NCBI GenBank assembly: GCA_027593305.1
Contig: JAQCJA010000002.1
Span: 1-34,055 of the forward strand
DNA length: 34,055 nt
Direction of reading: 5' to 3'
Source of the DNA: a bacterium
GTDB lineage: Bacteria > Latescibacterota > UBA2968 > UBA8231
Position 1 is the first letter of the stretch. Each line of letters opens with the position of its first letter. A program made the translations under genes and the position numbers. The notes below the pieces were generated by a model. That model was not told the DNA's origin. It did not search any database and was given only the letters and a program-made list of their open reading frames with translations. Shown in pieces: positions 17,948 to 27,228 of the stretch.

Positions 17948-17993
17948 TGCGGGAAGCTGGAGTTCTCAACGCAACTGAACGTGGAGATACGGG

Positions 17994-18713
17994 ATGTTTG
18001 GTGACATACGCAATACGCAGGGCGAGCGACTCGACTACACGGTACACCAGAGCCAGAGCAAAGCACTTGTCATACTCGGCCACGGCGTAACGGGCAACAA
18101 GGACCGGCCCTTTGTCGTGGCTCTGGCCGAGGCCCTTGCCGAGGCAGGTGCAACAACGCTGCGGCTGTCGTTTTCCGGCAATGGCGACTCGGAGGGGCGC
18201 TTTCAGGACAGTACGATTTCGAAGGAGATCGCCGATCTGGGCAGCGTCCTCGACGCTGTGGGACAACGCCCGGCCTGCTTCATCGGTCACAGTATGGGGG
18301 GGGCGGTGGGCGTGCTTCGCGCCGCCATGGACGCACGCATTCACTGGCTCGTCTCCTTGGCGGGCATGGTGCATACGCAGGCCTTCGCCGAGCGGGAATT
18401 TGCCGATGTAACACCCGCTGTCGGCTGTATGTGGGAGGAGCCGTCCTGCCCTCTGTCCAGCACCTATATGGATGACATGGCAGCCATCCACAGCGTCCTC
18501 GACAAGGGGACCCAGGTGCGGGTGCCGTGGCTGTTGGTGCATGGCTCCGAGGATGACGTGGTCCCCTTGCAGGACTCACGCGATATCGTGGCCCGGGGAC
18601 CACAGGCCCATCTGCAGGAACTGGCCGGTGCCAACCACGTATTCAGCGGTGCCGCTACGGCGGCGATGATCGACGTCGTCGTCCCGTGGGTGCGGCGACA
18701 GGTGGTCGCCTGA
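17994..18713 (+). CDS. Alpha/beta hydrolase (serine hydrolase)
   Basis: 239 aa. Nucleophile elbow 'GHSMGG', 'VILGHGVTGN' and a C-terminal 'HGSEDDVVP...NH' Asp/His region. Confidence 0.8.
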   Translation: MFGDIRNTQGERLDYTVHQSQSKALVILGHGVTGNKDRPFVVALAEALAEAGATTLRLSFSGNGDSEGRFQDSTISKEIADLGSVLDAVGQRPACFIGHSMGGAVGVLRAAMDARIHWLVSLAGMVHTQAFAEREFADVTPAVGCMWEEPSCPLSSTYMDDMAAIHSVLDKGTQVRVPWLLVHGSEDDVVPLQDSRDIVARGPQAHLQELAGANHVFSGAATAAMIDVVVPWVRRQVVA

Positions 18714-19544
18714 ATGACCTGGTCCTGGTCGGAACGTCACATCGAGGAGTACCACCAGCAGGGCTACATGGTCTTTGCAGCGATCCTGCCGCCAGCGCTG
18801 ATCGGTGACCTGCGCCGCGCCTGCGACGAGGCGCGTGGCCTGGCGCGGGAACGCTCGGGTCCACAGGCACAACGGCTGCAGCCGGTCTTCGGCTTTGCCA
18901 TCGACCATGCACCATTCACAGCTTTCGCCGAGCTGCCCGAACTGGTGGATGCCCTGCAACGCACGCTGAGCCCGCGGCATACGTACGGTCATCCGGACGG
19001 GCTGGGTGTATTGCTGGAGCCCGCCGAGTTGCCCTGGTGCACGCCCTGGCATCGGGATTGGCGCGACAATGTGCACGGACTGGACCTGGCCCGGTGGGAG
19101 GCCGACTACCGTGACCTGGACCTGTTCAATCAGCTCAATTGCGCCCTGTACGAAGACAGTTCCACCTGGGTTGTTCCCGGCAGCCACCTGCGCCTCGACC
19201 TGCCAGCGGAGGTGGCTCGTTTTCCACAGCGGCCGATCACCGGTCCGCCGCTGGATGGCATGGACCCGGTCCTGCGGGAACGCGTCTGTCGGCAGTACTG
19301 TGAGTCACTTCCCGGAGCCGTGCCCCTGCACCTGGCTGCAGGTGACTTCTGTCTGTATCGCAACACGCTGTGGCACATTGGCACCTATGTTCCGTACCGT
19401 AGACGGGCTACATTGCATGATTATGTCGACACGCCCGCCTTTCGCCACTGGCGGGATGAGGTTGGGGAAGCGGCCAACCGGCGGCGCCAGGCGGGTGCCG
19501 GCGAATCCGAATTGGATGGACTGAATCCCAACCGGGTTGACTGA
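18714..19544 (+). CDS. Phytanoyl-CoA dioxygenase (PhyH) family Fe(II)/2OG oxygenase
   Basis: 276 aa. Canonical 'WHRD' (HxD), 'VVPGSH' and 'LWHIG'. The start codon directly abuts the stop of the hydrolase gene. Confidence 0.8.
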   Translation: MTWSWSERHIEEYHQQGYMVFAAILPPALIGDLRRACDEARGLARERSGPQAQRLQPVFGFAIDHAPFTAFAELPELVDALQRTLSPRHTYGHPDGLGVLLEPAELPWCTPWHRDWRDNVHGLDLARWEADYRDLDLFNQLNCALYEDSSTWVVPGSHLRLDLPAEVARFPQRPITGPPLDGMDPVLRERVCRQYCESLPGAVPLHLAAGDFCLYRNTLWHIGTYVPYRRRATLHDYVDTPAFRHWRDEVGEAANRRRQAGAGESELDGLNPNRVD

Positions 19545-19595
19545 AGTTCCGTACATTGGCTGTTCGTCCTGTCCTCCTATGAGTCGATTGCCACG

Positions 19596-19886
19596 ATGAC
19601 TACCCCGATAAACGCGACGGCACATCTGCAGTCCCTGGGAGCCCCGGCCTTCCGCTTGTGGATCTATCTGTGCCGTCTCGCCAAAACCCAGGGCAGCATG
19701 GAATTCAGCGTCGTTGTCTCGGAACTGGCCCGCGTGAGTGGTGTTGTCTCCGGCGAAGGCGGTGATGGTCTGGGTCCGGTACGGGCTGCCCTGCGGCGCC
19801 TGGTCTCGGCCCGCTACGTGACGGCAGTTCCCGAAAAGGAACGTCGCTGCCGGATCACACTGCTCAAGACCGTCGATATCGTCTGA
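19596..19886 (+). CDS. Hypothetical protein, possibly a winged-helix DNA-binding protein
   Basis: 96-aa ORF with host-like GC3 bias. 'APAFRLWIYLCRLA...SELARVSGV...ALRRLVSARYV' resembles an HTH/wing arrangement. No clear SD sequence and no recognised family. Confidence 0.35.
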   Translation: MTTPINATAHLQSLGAPAFRLWIYLCRLAKTQGSMEFSVVVSELARVSGVVSGEGGDGLGPVRAALRRLVSARYVTAVPEKERRCRITLLKTVDIV

Positions 19887-20185
19887 AGGCAACGTTGAAG
19901 TTCCACCAGAACGGTCTGTTCCGTGGGCCGCAGGCGGAGCGACCGCAGAATTCAAGCCGCCGGGCGTAGGTCTCCGGCCATTGGCCCGCACCGCGCCCTG
20001 CCCATCAACAACGCAACTGTTTCCTGCAGGTGTGCCTGCCATGCGGGCCACATCTGCCGCTGTGCCGTAGCGGGCGCTGGCGAGGTGGACATCACGGCTC
20101 ATGGAGCAGATCCTTTGCTGGGAGTGTGCCGCTGATGGGTAGGTCCCCGGCAAGCTGGTTTCACCCGCAACCCGCCGAAATACCG

Positions 20186-21406
20186 ATGCAAACCAACTAC
20201 GACAAAGCTCTGGTCCCCGACTATGAACTGCCCGATCCGTTGATCGATGGCAGTGGCCACCGGGTGTCGACGGCGGCGCAGTGGCGGCAGCAACGCCGGG
20301 GTGAGATCCTGCAGTTGTTCGAGGCGCACGTCTACGGCAGCATGCCCGGCCCCTGGGCCGATCCCAATGTCCGGCTCCAGGAACAGGACGGCGCCGCCCT
20401 GGCAGGCCGCGCCATCCGGCGACAGACCCGTCTGCGCTTCGGTGACGGCGACAGGGCCCCGACGATGGATCTGCTCCTCTACCTGCCGACGGCTGTCTCT
20501 GCAGGACCGGTGCCGGTGTTTCTGGGTCTCAACTTTTCTGGCAATCACTCGATCCACTCAGACCCCGGCATCCACCTGTCGACGAGCTGGATGCGGGGCC
20601 AGGATGACACGGGTGTCAGCAACCACCGGGCGACGGAAGCCGCACGCGGATCCCAGGCCCGTCGTTGGCCCGTGGAGCACATCCTCGACCGGGGGTATGG
20701 TCTGGCAACGATCTACTGTGGCGATCTGGATCCCGACTTCGACGACGGCTACAGCAACGGCGTGCACCCGCTGTTCTATCGGGCGGGGCAGACCCGCCCT
20801 GGACCGGGTGAGTGGGGTGCCCTCGGCGCCTGGGCCTGGGGTTTGAGCCGCGGTCTGGATGTCCTGCAGCAGGACCCCGATGTGGCAGCGACACGTGTCT
20901 CGGTCATGGGACACTCCCGCCTCGGCAAGGCGGCACTGTGGGCGGGGGCCCGTGATGAGCGCTTTGCTCTGGTCGTCGCCAACAATTCCGGCTGTGGCGG
21001 GGCGGCCCTGGCGCGCCGCCGGTTTGGCGAGACCGTGGCCTCGATCAACAAGGCCTTCCCGCACTGGTTCTGCGACCATCACCGGCAGTACGATGAGCGC
21101 GAACATCTGTTGCCCGTCGATCAGCACGAAATCATCGCGCTGGCAGCCCCACGTCCGGTGTATGTCGCCAGCGCCGTGGAGGATCACTGGGCGGACCCCA
21201 AAGGGGAATACCTGGCGGCGCTGCATGCCGGCCCGGTGTACGAATTGCTTGGGAAACGAGGTCTCGACAGCAGCCACATCCCGCAGATCGACGCGCCTCT
21301 GGCGGAGACGTCCATCGGTTACCACCTACGCTCCGGAGGGCACGACGTGACGAACTGGGACTGGGATCAGTGGCTGGATTTCGCCGACCGCCACCTGCCA
21401 TCGTGA
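20186..21406 (+). CDS. CE15-like glucuronoyl esterase / alpha/beta hydrolase
   Basis: The start is taken at 'MQTNYDKALVPDYELPDPL'. 'GHSRLGKAALWAG' resembles the CE15 G-x-S-R-x-G-K nucleophile motif. 'CGGAALARR' and 'HLRSGGHD' are also present. No signal peptide. Confidence 0.7.
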   Translation: MQTNYDKALVPDYELPDPLIDGSGHRVSTAAQWRQQRRGEILQLFEAHVYGSMPGPWADPNVRLQEQDGAALAGRAIRRQTRLRFGDGDRAPTMDLLLYLPTAVSAGPVPVFLGLNFSGNHSIHSDPGIHLSTSWMRGQDDTGVSNHRATEAARGSQARRWPVEHILDRGYGLATIYCGDLDPDFDDGYSNGVHPLFYRAGQTRPGPGEWGALGAWAWGLSRGLDVLQQDPDVAATRVSVMGHSRLGKAALWAGARDERFALVVANNSGCGGAALARRRFGETVASINKAFPHWFCDHHRQYDEREHLLPVDQHEIIALAAPRPVYVASAVEDHWADPKGEYLAALHAGPVYELLGKRGLDSSHIPQIDAPLAETSIGYHLRSGGHDVTNWDWDQWLDFADRHLPS

Positions 21407-21414
21407 GCACCGCC

Positions 21415-22074
21415 ATGAATGCCGATCCCGCCTGCTACCTGCGCCCCATCGTCGACGGGCTCAAAACCCATTGGCCGGAAAATCGTGTGGTCAATATCGT
21501 CTGCCATGGCCACAGCGTGCCGGCGGGTTACTTCGCCACCCCCCGTGTCGACAGTCTCAATGCCTATCCGCATCTGCTGCGCGTGGCGCTGGCGGAACGC
21601 TTCCCGTACGCCGTCATCAACGTCATTGTCTCGGCAATTGGCGGAGAATCATCGGCTGCCGGCGCGGAACGTTTCGGCCGTCACGTGCTGACCCATCGCC
21701 CCGATGTGGTCACCATTGACTACGGCCTCAATGATCGAGGCCTTGGCCTGGCGGCGGCGTGCCAGGCCTGGGAATCCATGATCGTTGCCGCCAAAGGGGC
21801 CAACGCCCGGGTGTTACTGTTGACGCCGACGCCGGACCTGACGCAGCGCACCGGGGCTCAGCAACACGAGCGCCAGCCGCTGCTGGATCATGCGGGGCAG
21901 ATCCGGCAACTGGCGGCTGAACACGAGGTCGGTCTGGTCGACAGTCAGGCCGCCGCCGCCTACTGCCAGCATGACGGCGAACTCTCCGATCTGCTCTCCT
22001 GGTCCAACCACCCCAACCGGGCCGGCCACATCATCGTCGCCCGCGCCCTCCTGCGCTGGTTCATGCCCTCATGA
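21415..22074 (+). CDS. SGNH/GDSL-type hydrolase (acetylesterase-like)
   Basis: SGNH blocks are present: 'VCHGHSV' (block I Ser), 'AIGGESS' (II), 'DYGLND' (III) and 'SNHPNRAGH' (V). An alternative GTG start at 21403 would give a GTGA overlap with the upstream stop. Confidence 0.75.
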   Translation: MNADPACYLRPIVDGLKTHWPENRVVNIVCHGHSVPAGYFATPRVDSLNAYPHLLRVALAERFPYAVINVIVSAIGGESSAAGAERFGRHVLTHRPDVVTIDYGLNDRGLGLAAACQAWESMIVAAKGANARVLLLTPTPDLTQRTGAQQHERQPLLDHAGQIRQLAAEHEVGLVDSQAAAAYCQHDGELSDLLSWSNHPNRAGHIIVARALLRWFMPS

Positions 22075-22183
22075 CTGCTGGCTGGATCCTGTCACGCTCG
22101 CAACCCCCATTGTGTCTGCGGATCGGCCCCCGGTATCGGCATGGTTGAACTCGATGAGAAACGCCTGAACGAGGAAATTGCAG

Positions 22184-23509
22184 ATGCCTGACCGTCCTCT
22201 CGATGCGGTGATCGTTGGCGCCGGCCACCGTGCCCTGACCTATGCCGCCTACGCCAGGTCCCAGCCGCAGCAGTTGCGTATCGTCGGTGTCGCCGACTGT
22301 ATCGAACGGCGGCGTGATCTCGTGCGCGCCGAATATGCCCTGCCCGCCGAGCGTTGTTTCGCTACAGCTGCTGAACTGGCGGCAGTACCTCGCTTTGCCG
22401 ACATCGCCATCAATGGCACCATGGACCATCAGCATGTGCCCACGTCCCTGCCCTTGCTCGAGGCGGGGTATCATCTGCTGCTGGAAAAGCCCTTTGCCAC
22501 GGGCGTGGATGAAATGTGGCAACTGGTCGAGGCGGCACGACGCCACCAGCGGCACGTGTCGATCTGTCACGTACTGCGCTACACCCCGTTCTATGCCGCC
22601 ATTCGGCAGCGGGTTGCCGCTGGTGTCATCGGTGACCTGCTCAACATCCAGGCGGTGGAGCATGTCTCCTACCATCACATGGCCGTCGGTTTTGTGCGCG
22701 GCAAATGGAGCAAGGAGTCGTACTGTCAGTCGACGATGCTCATGGCCAAGTCCTGCCACGACCTGGATCTGATCGCCTGGATGCATTCCGGCGTACCCGC
22801 CGTCCGTGTAGCCAGTTTTGGCAGCAATCTCCAGTTCCGCGCCGAACGGGCACCGGAGGGTGCCGGCAGCCGCTGCCTGGTGGATTGCCCCATAGAAGCC
22901 GATTGTCAGTACTCGGCGCGGAAACATTACATCGACCATCCACAACGCTGGTCCTTCTACGTGTGGGACACCATCGAACACATCAACGAACCGACGATCG
23001 AGGACAAGCTCGAATCCCTCAAAGGCGACAATCCTTACGGCCGTTGTGTGTGGAAGTGTGACAACGATGTCGTCGACCATCAGTCCGTCGCCATCGAATT
23101 CGCCGATGGCGTGTCGGCAACACTGAACATGATTGGCGGCTCGGCCAAGCCGACACGCTCCCTGCATCTGCTTGGCACGAAAGGCGAGATTCAGGGCGTC
23201 ATGGAAGACAGTCGCTTTGTCATCCGCCACATCGATCCGCGCCCGGGGCACGAGTTCTCGGAAGAGGTCGTCGACCTGCGGCAGACGGGGGACATGACCG
23301 GCGCTTTTGGCGGCCACGGCGGCGGCGACATGCGCCTGGTGGAAGATTTCCTCAAGGTCGTGCGTGGCCAGGCGCCGTCGCTGTCGACGACGGGGATCGA
23401 GGATTCGGTCACCGGACACCTGCTGGGCTTCAGCGCCGATCGCGCCCGGCGGGAGTCTCGTGTCGTGGAGCTGGAGCACATGATGCCGGAGCTCGCAGCC
23501 CAACTGTGA
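22184..23509 (+). CDS. Gfo/Idh/MocA family oxidoreductase with a Cys-rich insertion
   Basis: ATG 22184 lies 7 nt after GAGGAA; the track start TTG 22178 is less likely. 'AVIVGAGHR' Rossmann motif and 'LLEKPFA' EKP motif. The C-terminal domain carries 'RCLVDCPIEADC' and 'RCVWKC'. Confidence 0.85.
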   Translation: MPDRPLDAVIVGAGHRALTYAAYARSQPQQLRIVGVADCIERRRDLVRAEYALPAERCFATAAELAAVPRFADIAINGTMDHQHVPTSLPLLEAGYHLLLEKPFATGVDEMWQLVEAARRHQRHVSICHVLRYTPFYAAIRQRVAAGVIGDLLNIQAVEHVSYHHMAVGFVRGKWSKESYCQSTMLMAKSCHDLDLIAWMHSGVPAVRVASFGSNLQFRAERAPEGAGSRCLVDCPIEADCQYSARKHYIDHPQRWSFYVWDTIEHINEPTIEDKLESLKGDNPYGRCVWKCDNDVVDHQSVAIEFADGVSATLNMIGGSAKPTRSLHLLGTKGEIQGVMEDSRFVIRHIDPRPGHEFSEEVVDLRQTGDMTGAFGGHGGGDMRLVEDFLKVVRGQAPSLSTTGIEDSVTGHLLGFSADRARRESRVVELEHMMPELAAQL

Positions 23510-23922
23510 GCGACGCCGCGTCCCACGTGTTCACCTACGGTACGCTGACGATTCCACGGGTCATGGCGGTGGTGACGGGCCATACGTTCGTCGCCGAGCC
23601 AGCCCTGTTGCAGGGGTGGGCGCGGTATGCCCTGCGCGGAGAGACGTATCCGGGTCTGGTCTGTGAGGCGACGGCTGCCTGTGATGGGGTGCTGTGGCGC
23701 CAGGTCGACGCCGACAGCCTGCGGCGGCTGGATGAGTTTGAGGGAGACTGGTACCGCCGACAGATGGTGACCGTCCTCGCAGATGGCGTGCCGGTGGCGG
23801 CTCAAACCTATGTGCTGGTCGAGGCCCAACACCATCGTGTGTCACACCGGCGCTGGCTGCGCGACCGTTTCGAGCGGCGCTTCCTGCGGGACTTCCTGGC
23901 AAAGTATGCCAGCGAGCCATAG
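23506..23922 (+). CDS. Gamma-glutamylcyclotransferase-like (AIG2/GGCT fold) protein
   Basis: 138 aa. 'VFTYGTL' and 'LDEFEGDWYRR' (catalytic Glu region). GTGA overlap with the oxidoreductase stop. Confidence 0.8.
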   Translation: MSDAASHVFTYGTLTIPRVMAVVTGHTFVAEPALLQGWARYALRGETYPGLVCEATAACDGVLWRQVDADSLRRLDEFEGDWYRRQMVTVLADGVPVAAQTYVLVEAQHHRVSHRRWLRDRFERRFLRDFLAKYASEP

Positions 23923-23970
23923 AGCCATAAAGCCTTAGCTACGTTCCTTCGACCCGACGAGACGGCAAGC

Positions 23971-24351
23971 ATGAACCCAACAACCCACACCTTCGCCACT
24001 GTCGGCGCCCTTGTCATGGCCATCGCCGTGGCGCTGGGTGCCTTCGGGGCCCACGCCCTGCGCGACCGCGTGGTCGCCGATCTGCTCGTCGTGTGGCAGA
24101 CGGCGGTGCAGTACCACGTGTATCACGCGCTGGGTCTGTTCGTCGTGGCAGGGGTGGCTTTCCTGCTGCCGGAGAACAGTGGGGTGCGCCTGTCGGGGTG
24201 GCTCATGACGGCGGGGATCGTGCTGTTTTCCGGCAGTCTGTATGTGCTGGTGCTGACCGGGGTGCGTTGGCTGGGGGCAGTGACGCCTCTGGGGGGCACG
24301 GCGCTGATTGCGGCGTGGCTGCTGCTGGCGTGGAGCGTCTGGCGGGCATGA
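23971..24351 (+). CDS. DUF423 family inner-membrane protein
   Basis: 126 aa with four TM helices. 'ALGAFGAHAL' and 'AVQYHVYHAL' are motifs typical of DUF423 (YgdD-like). Confidence 0.8.
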   Translation: MNPTTHTFATVGALVMAIAVALGAFGAHALRDRVVADLLVVWQTAVQYHVYHALGLFVVAGVAFLLPENSGVRLSGWLMTAGIVLFSGSLYVLVLTGVRWLGAVTPLGGTALIAAWLLLAWSVWRA

Positions 24352-25439
24352 ATCCCATGCGGCGACAACGAGCCCGCGATCTTGGCATCGTCATCGGCGA
24401 CCTGCCCACGGGGCCACTCAATGCGATCACCGATGTTCCAGGGGTTCGCGTCGGGCATGTGTCCCTGGTGCAAGGCACGGGACCGCTGCGCATCGGCCAC
24501 GGCCCGGTACGCACCGGTGTCACCGCCATTGTGCCGCCCGGTGTCGACTGGTGGTCGAACCCGATGGAGGCAGGCAACTTCGTCATCAACGGCGCCGGTA
24601 CCACCGCCGGCCTGTCCTTCCTCGATGAGTACCATCGCCTGGAAACACCCATCCTGCTGACCAATACCCTCAGCGTGGGTTCGGTATACGAAGGCATCGT
24701 GCAGTACATGGTCGAGCATGTATTCGGCGACCTGGGTCATGTGCCGTGGTTCAACCCCGTCGTCGGCGAGACGTCGGACGCCTATCTCAATGACATCGGC
24801 GGACTCCACGTGCGGCCCCACCATGCCATGGCGGCCATCGCCGCCGCCGCCGGCGGTGCCGTGGACGAAGGCTCTGTCGGGGGCGGCGTCGCCATGGGAG
24901 CTTTTGGTTGGAAGGCCGGCATCGGCACATCCTCGCGGGTGGTCGAGATCGGTGGTGAGCGGGCCACTGTGGGTGTGCTGGTGCAATCCAACTTCGGCGG
25001 CACCCTCACGGTGGATGGTGTACGCATGCCGGATCTGGCAGCGGATGTCAGTGGCGCCGACGAACCGGCGGGGGCGTCGATCATGATCATTTACGCCACC
25101 GACATACCCCTGTGTGGCGCGCATCTGGACCGCATCGCCAGGCGCGCCACCTTCGGCCTGGCTCGCAGCGGGGGCAGCGGCGGTCATGGCAGCGGCGACT
25201 ATGTCATCGGCTTCTCGACAACGTGGCGGCAGACGGGGCAGAAGCAGGGCATGCGGCGGGCGCTGCAGGAAAACGAAGCCCGCATCGACGGGCCCTTTGT
25301 CGCCATTGCCGAGGCCACGGAGGAGGCCATCCTCAATTCACTGTTCATGGCCACGACGGTCACCGGCCGCGATGACCACCAGCGACGCGCCGTGCCGCTG
25401 AATCAGGTGCTGGAACGCTGGCGCGCGGCCCGGCACTGA
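24348..25439 (+). CDS. P1/S58 family peptidase (DmpA-type aminopeptidase/esterase)
   Basis: The start is taken at ATG 24348 (ATGA overlap with the DUF423 stop). 'RARDLGIVIGDLPTGPLNAITDVPGVRVGH' is a typical DmpA N-terminus, and 'EAILNSLFMATTVTG' also fits. The track ORF from 24093 is a 5' extension. Confidence 0.8.
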   Translation: MNPMRRQRARDLGIVIGDLPTGPLNAITDVPGVRVGHVSLVQGTGPLRIGHGPVRTGVTAIVPPGVDWWSNPMEAGNFVINGAGTTAGLSFLDEYHRLETPILLTNTLSVGSVYEGIVQYMVEHVFGDLGHVPWFNPVVGETSDAYLNDIGGLHVRPHHAMAAIAAAAGGAVDEGSVGGGVAMGAFGWKAGIGTSSRVVEIGGERATVGVLVQSNFGGTLTVDGVRMPDLAADVSGADEPAGASIMIIYATDIPLCGAHLDRIARRATFGLARSGGSGGHGSGDYVIGFSTTWRQTGQKQGMRRALQENEARIDGPFVAIAEATEEAILNSLFMATTVTGRDDHQRRAVPLNQVLERWRAARH

Positions 25440-25448
25440 TGCTGTCGC

Positions 25449-26330
25449 TTACCCGGCGAAACTGAAGGCGGCGACGCCCTGCACACCGGCGTCGATCTTC
25501 ACCAGGCTCCCGGCCAGAGGTTGCTGGGCCAGTTTTTCCGCATCGAAGCCACCCACGGCGGACGTCACGTAGAGCTCATCCAGATGGTCGCCGCCGAAGG
25601 CGCAGGAGGTGACGCACTCGATGGGCAGGCGCAGGTCGCGCAGCAGCGCCCCGCTGACGGGGTCGTAGCGCCGCACACCCCAGCCGCCGTACACCGCCAC
25701 CCAGAGTTTGTCCTCCGCATCGATCGACATGCCATCAAAGCCGCCCTCCCCTTCGTTGGTGATCACGACGCGCTCGTTGCAGATGTTGCCGGTGTCGATG
25801 TCGTAGTCGAAAGCGCGTACCGTATTGGCTGCCGTGCAGATGTAGTACATCGTGCGGGCATCCGCCGTCCAGACGATGCCATTGGAAATCGTCACCGGCC
25901 TGAGTTTTTCCGTAACCTCGAGGCGGGTGTCCAGACAGTAGAGGGCCCCGGCATCTGGGGCACAGCCAAATTCCATCGTGCCTGCCCAGAAACGACCCGC
26001 AGGATCACACTTGCCGTCGTTGAAGCGGTTGGCCGGTATGCTGCGCTCCGGATCGGCGATGGGCGTGATCTTTTCGCTGTCGAGATCGAGAAAGGCGAAA
26101 CCGTTGTGCAACGCCAGCACCAACCCCCCTGCGGCCCGTTTGACAACGGTACCCACTGCCTGGCAGGTGGGGATCGTGCGATTGACTCCGGTCGCCGGAT
26201 CGTAGATGTAGAGTTCGTGGCTGAGGATGTCGAGCCAGTAGAGGACCTTGTCTGCAGGGTCCCACAGGGATCCCTCGCCGACGAGAGTGCGCTTGGCGAC
26301 AACCAGTTCGGGTGTGGCCTGTTCTGTCAT
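25449..26330 (-). CDS. SMP-30/gluconolactonase/LRE family protein
   Basis: The start is taken at 'MTEQATPELV' (26330). 'GEGSLWDP..VLYWLDI' and six-bladed propeller repeats ('RFNDGKCDPAGRFWAGT', 'ISNGIVW', 'FDGMSIDAEDKLWVA'). Confidence 0.85.
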   Translation of the reverse strand: MTEQATPELVVAKRTLVGEGSLWDPADKVLYWLDILSHELYIYDPATGVNRTIPTCQAVGTVVKRAAGGLVLALHNGFAFLDLDSEKITPIADPERSIPANRFNDGKCDPAGRFWAGTMEFGCAPDAGALYCLDTRLEVTEKLRPVTISNGIVWTADARTMYYICTAANTVRAFDYDIDTGNICNERVVITNEGEGGFDGMSIDAEDKLWVAVYGGWGVRRYDPVSGALLRDLRLPIECVTSCAFGGDHLDELYVTSAVGGFDAEKLAQQPLAGSLVKIDAGVQGVAAFSFAG

Positions 26331-26415
26331 GTCTGACGTCCTTTGGAAAGCGGGAGTGCAGATGGTAGAAGGCACGGCTGCCCGGAGCAACCGCGAACCT
26401 ATGGGGCAAAAGGAC

Positions 26416-27228
26416 ATGCGCATCGGTACGGCAGAACACGAAGCACTGGACCGCGATGGCTATGTTCTGCTTGGCGGCGCCTTTACCCGGCAACGTGTGC
26501 AATCGCTGCGGGAGGGTGTGGCGGATCTGCTCGAACGGGCCCGCGGTGGTGCCTGCACGATTCCCTGGATCGACGCGGCCGCCGGGGTGCCGGATCGCAT
26601 CGGTCACATGATGCACCCGGACAAGTATCATCCTGCCTGGGGCCAGTGGCTTGCGGATGATGTTGCCGCCGACCTCGAGGCGTTGCTGCAGGGACCGGCG
26701 CGACACAGCCTGTTCGGCATGCTCGCCGGTGGCGCCGGTCATGGCTATCGCATGGCCTGGCATCGTGACATCGGCAAACCCGGCGCCAGCGACGAAGCCG
26801 ACTTTCTGCGTCGCCATCACGGGCGCCTGATCCAGTTCAACGCACCCCTGCTGGAGGGGGACAACTTTCTGCATGTCGTACCCGGATCCCATGTGCGCGC
26901 CTCGACGGCGGAGGAGATTGCCGCCGCCCGGGCGGGTGTGGCTGGGACCATCGCCGCCGGCATCGAGGTGCGGCTCGAGCCCGGGGACATCCTGTACTAC
27001 AATGCCAATCTCTGGCACCGGGGCTGGAACCCCGACGGACACCCACGCCAGACCCTGCATGCGGCCTACTGGAAGGCGGAGTACCCGGTGATGATCCACG
27101 AACACGGCCAGCAGGAGGCGTTGGGAGCCGCCGCGCATCTGCAGCGTCTGCCGCCGCAGACACGACAGTTGATTCAACGCTACCTCGATGCCCATGCCGA
27201 TGCCCCAAAGAGCTTGCTCGACCTGTGA
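26416..27228 (+). CDS. Phytanoyl-CoA dioxygenase (PhyH) family Fe(II)/2OG oxygenase
   Basis: The start is taken at 'MRIGTAEHEALDRDGYVLL' (alternative ATG 26401). Canonical 'WHRD', 'VVPGSH' and 'LWHRG'. Confidence 0.8.
   Translation: MRIGTAEHEALDRDGYVLLGGAFTRQRVQSLREGVADLLERARGGACTIPWIDAAAGVPDRIGHMMHPDKYHPAWGQWLADDVAADLEALLQGPARHSLFGMLAGGAGHGYRMAWHRDIGKPGASDEADFLRRHHGRLIQFNAPLLEGDNFLHVVPGSHVRASTAEEIAAARAGVAGTIAAGIEVRLEPGDILYYNANLWHRGWNPDGHPRQTLHAAYWKAEYPVMIHEHGQQEALGAAAHLQRLPPQTRQLIQRYLDAHADAPKSLLDL

Noticed and set aside
19305-20153. A 282-aa minus-strand ORF spanning the 19545-20185 intergenic region.
   Set aside because: It runs antisense through the PhyH gene's 3' end and the 96-aa ORF. 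It has no motif or RBS, and its composition is low-complexity.
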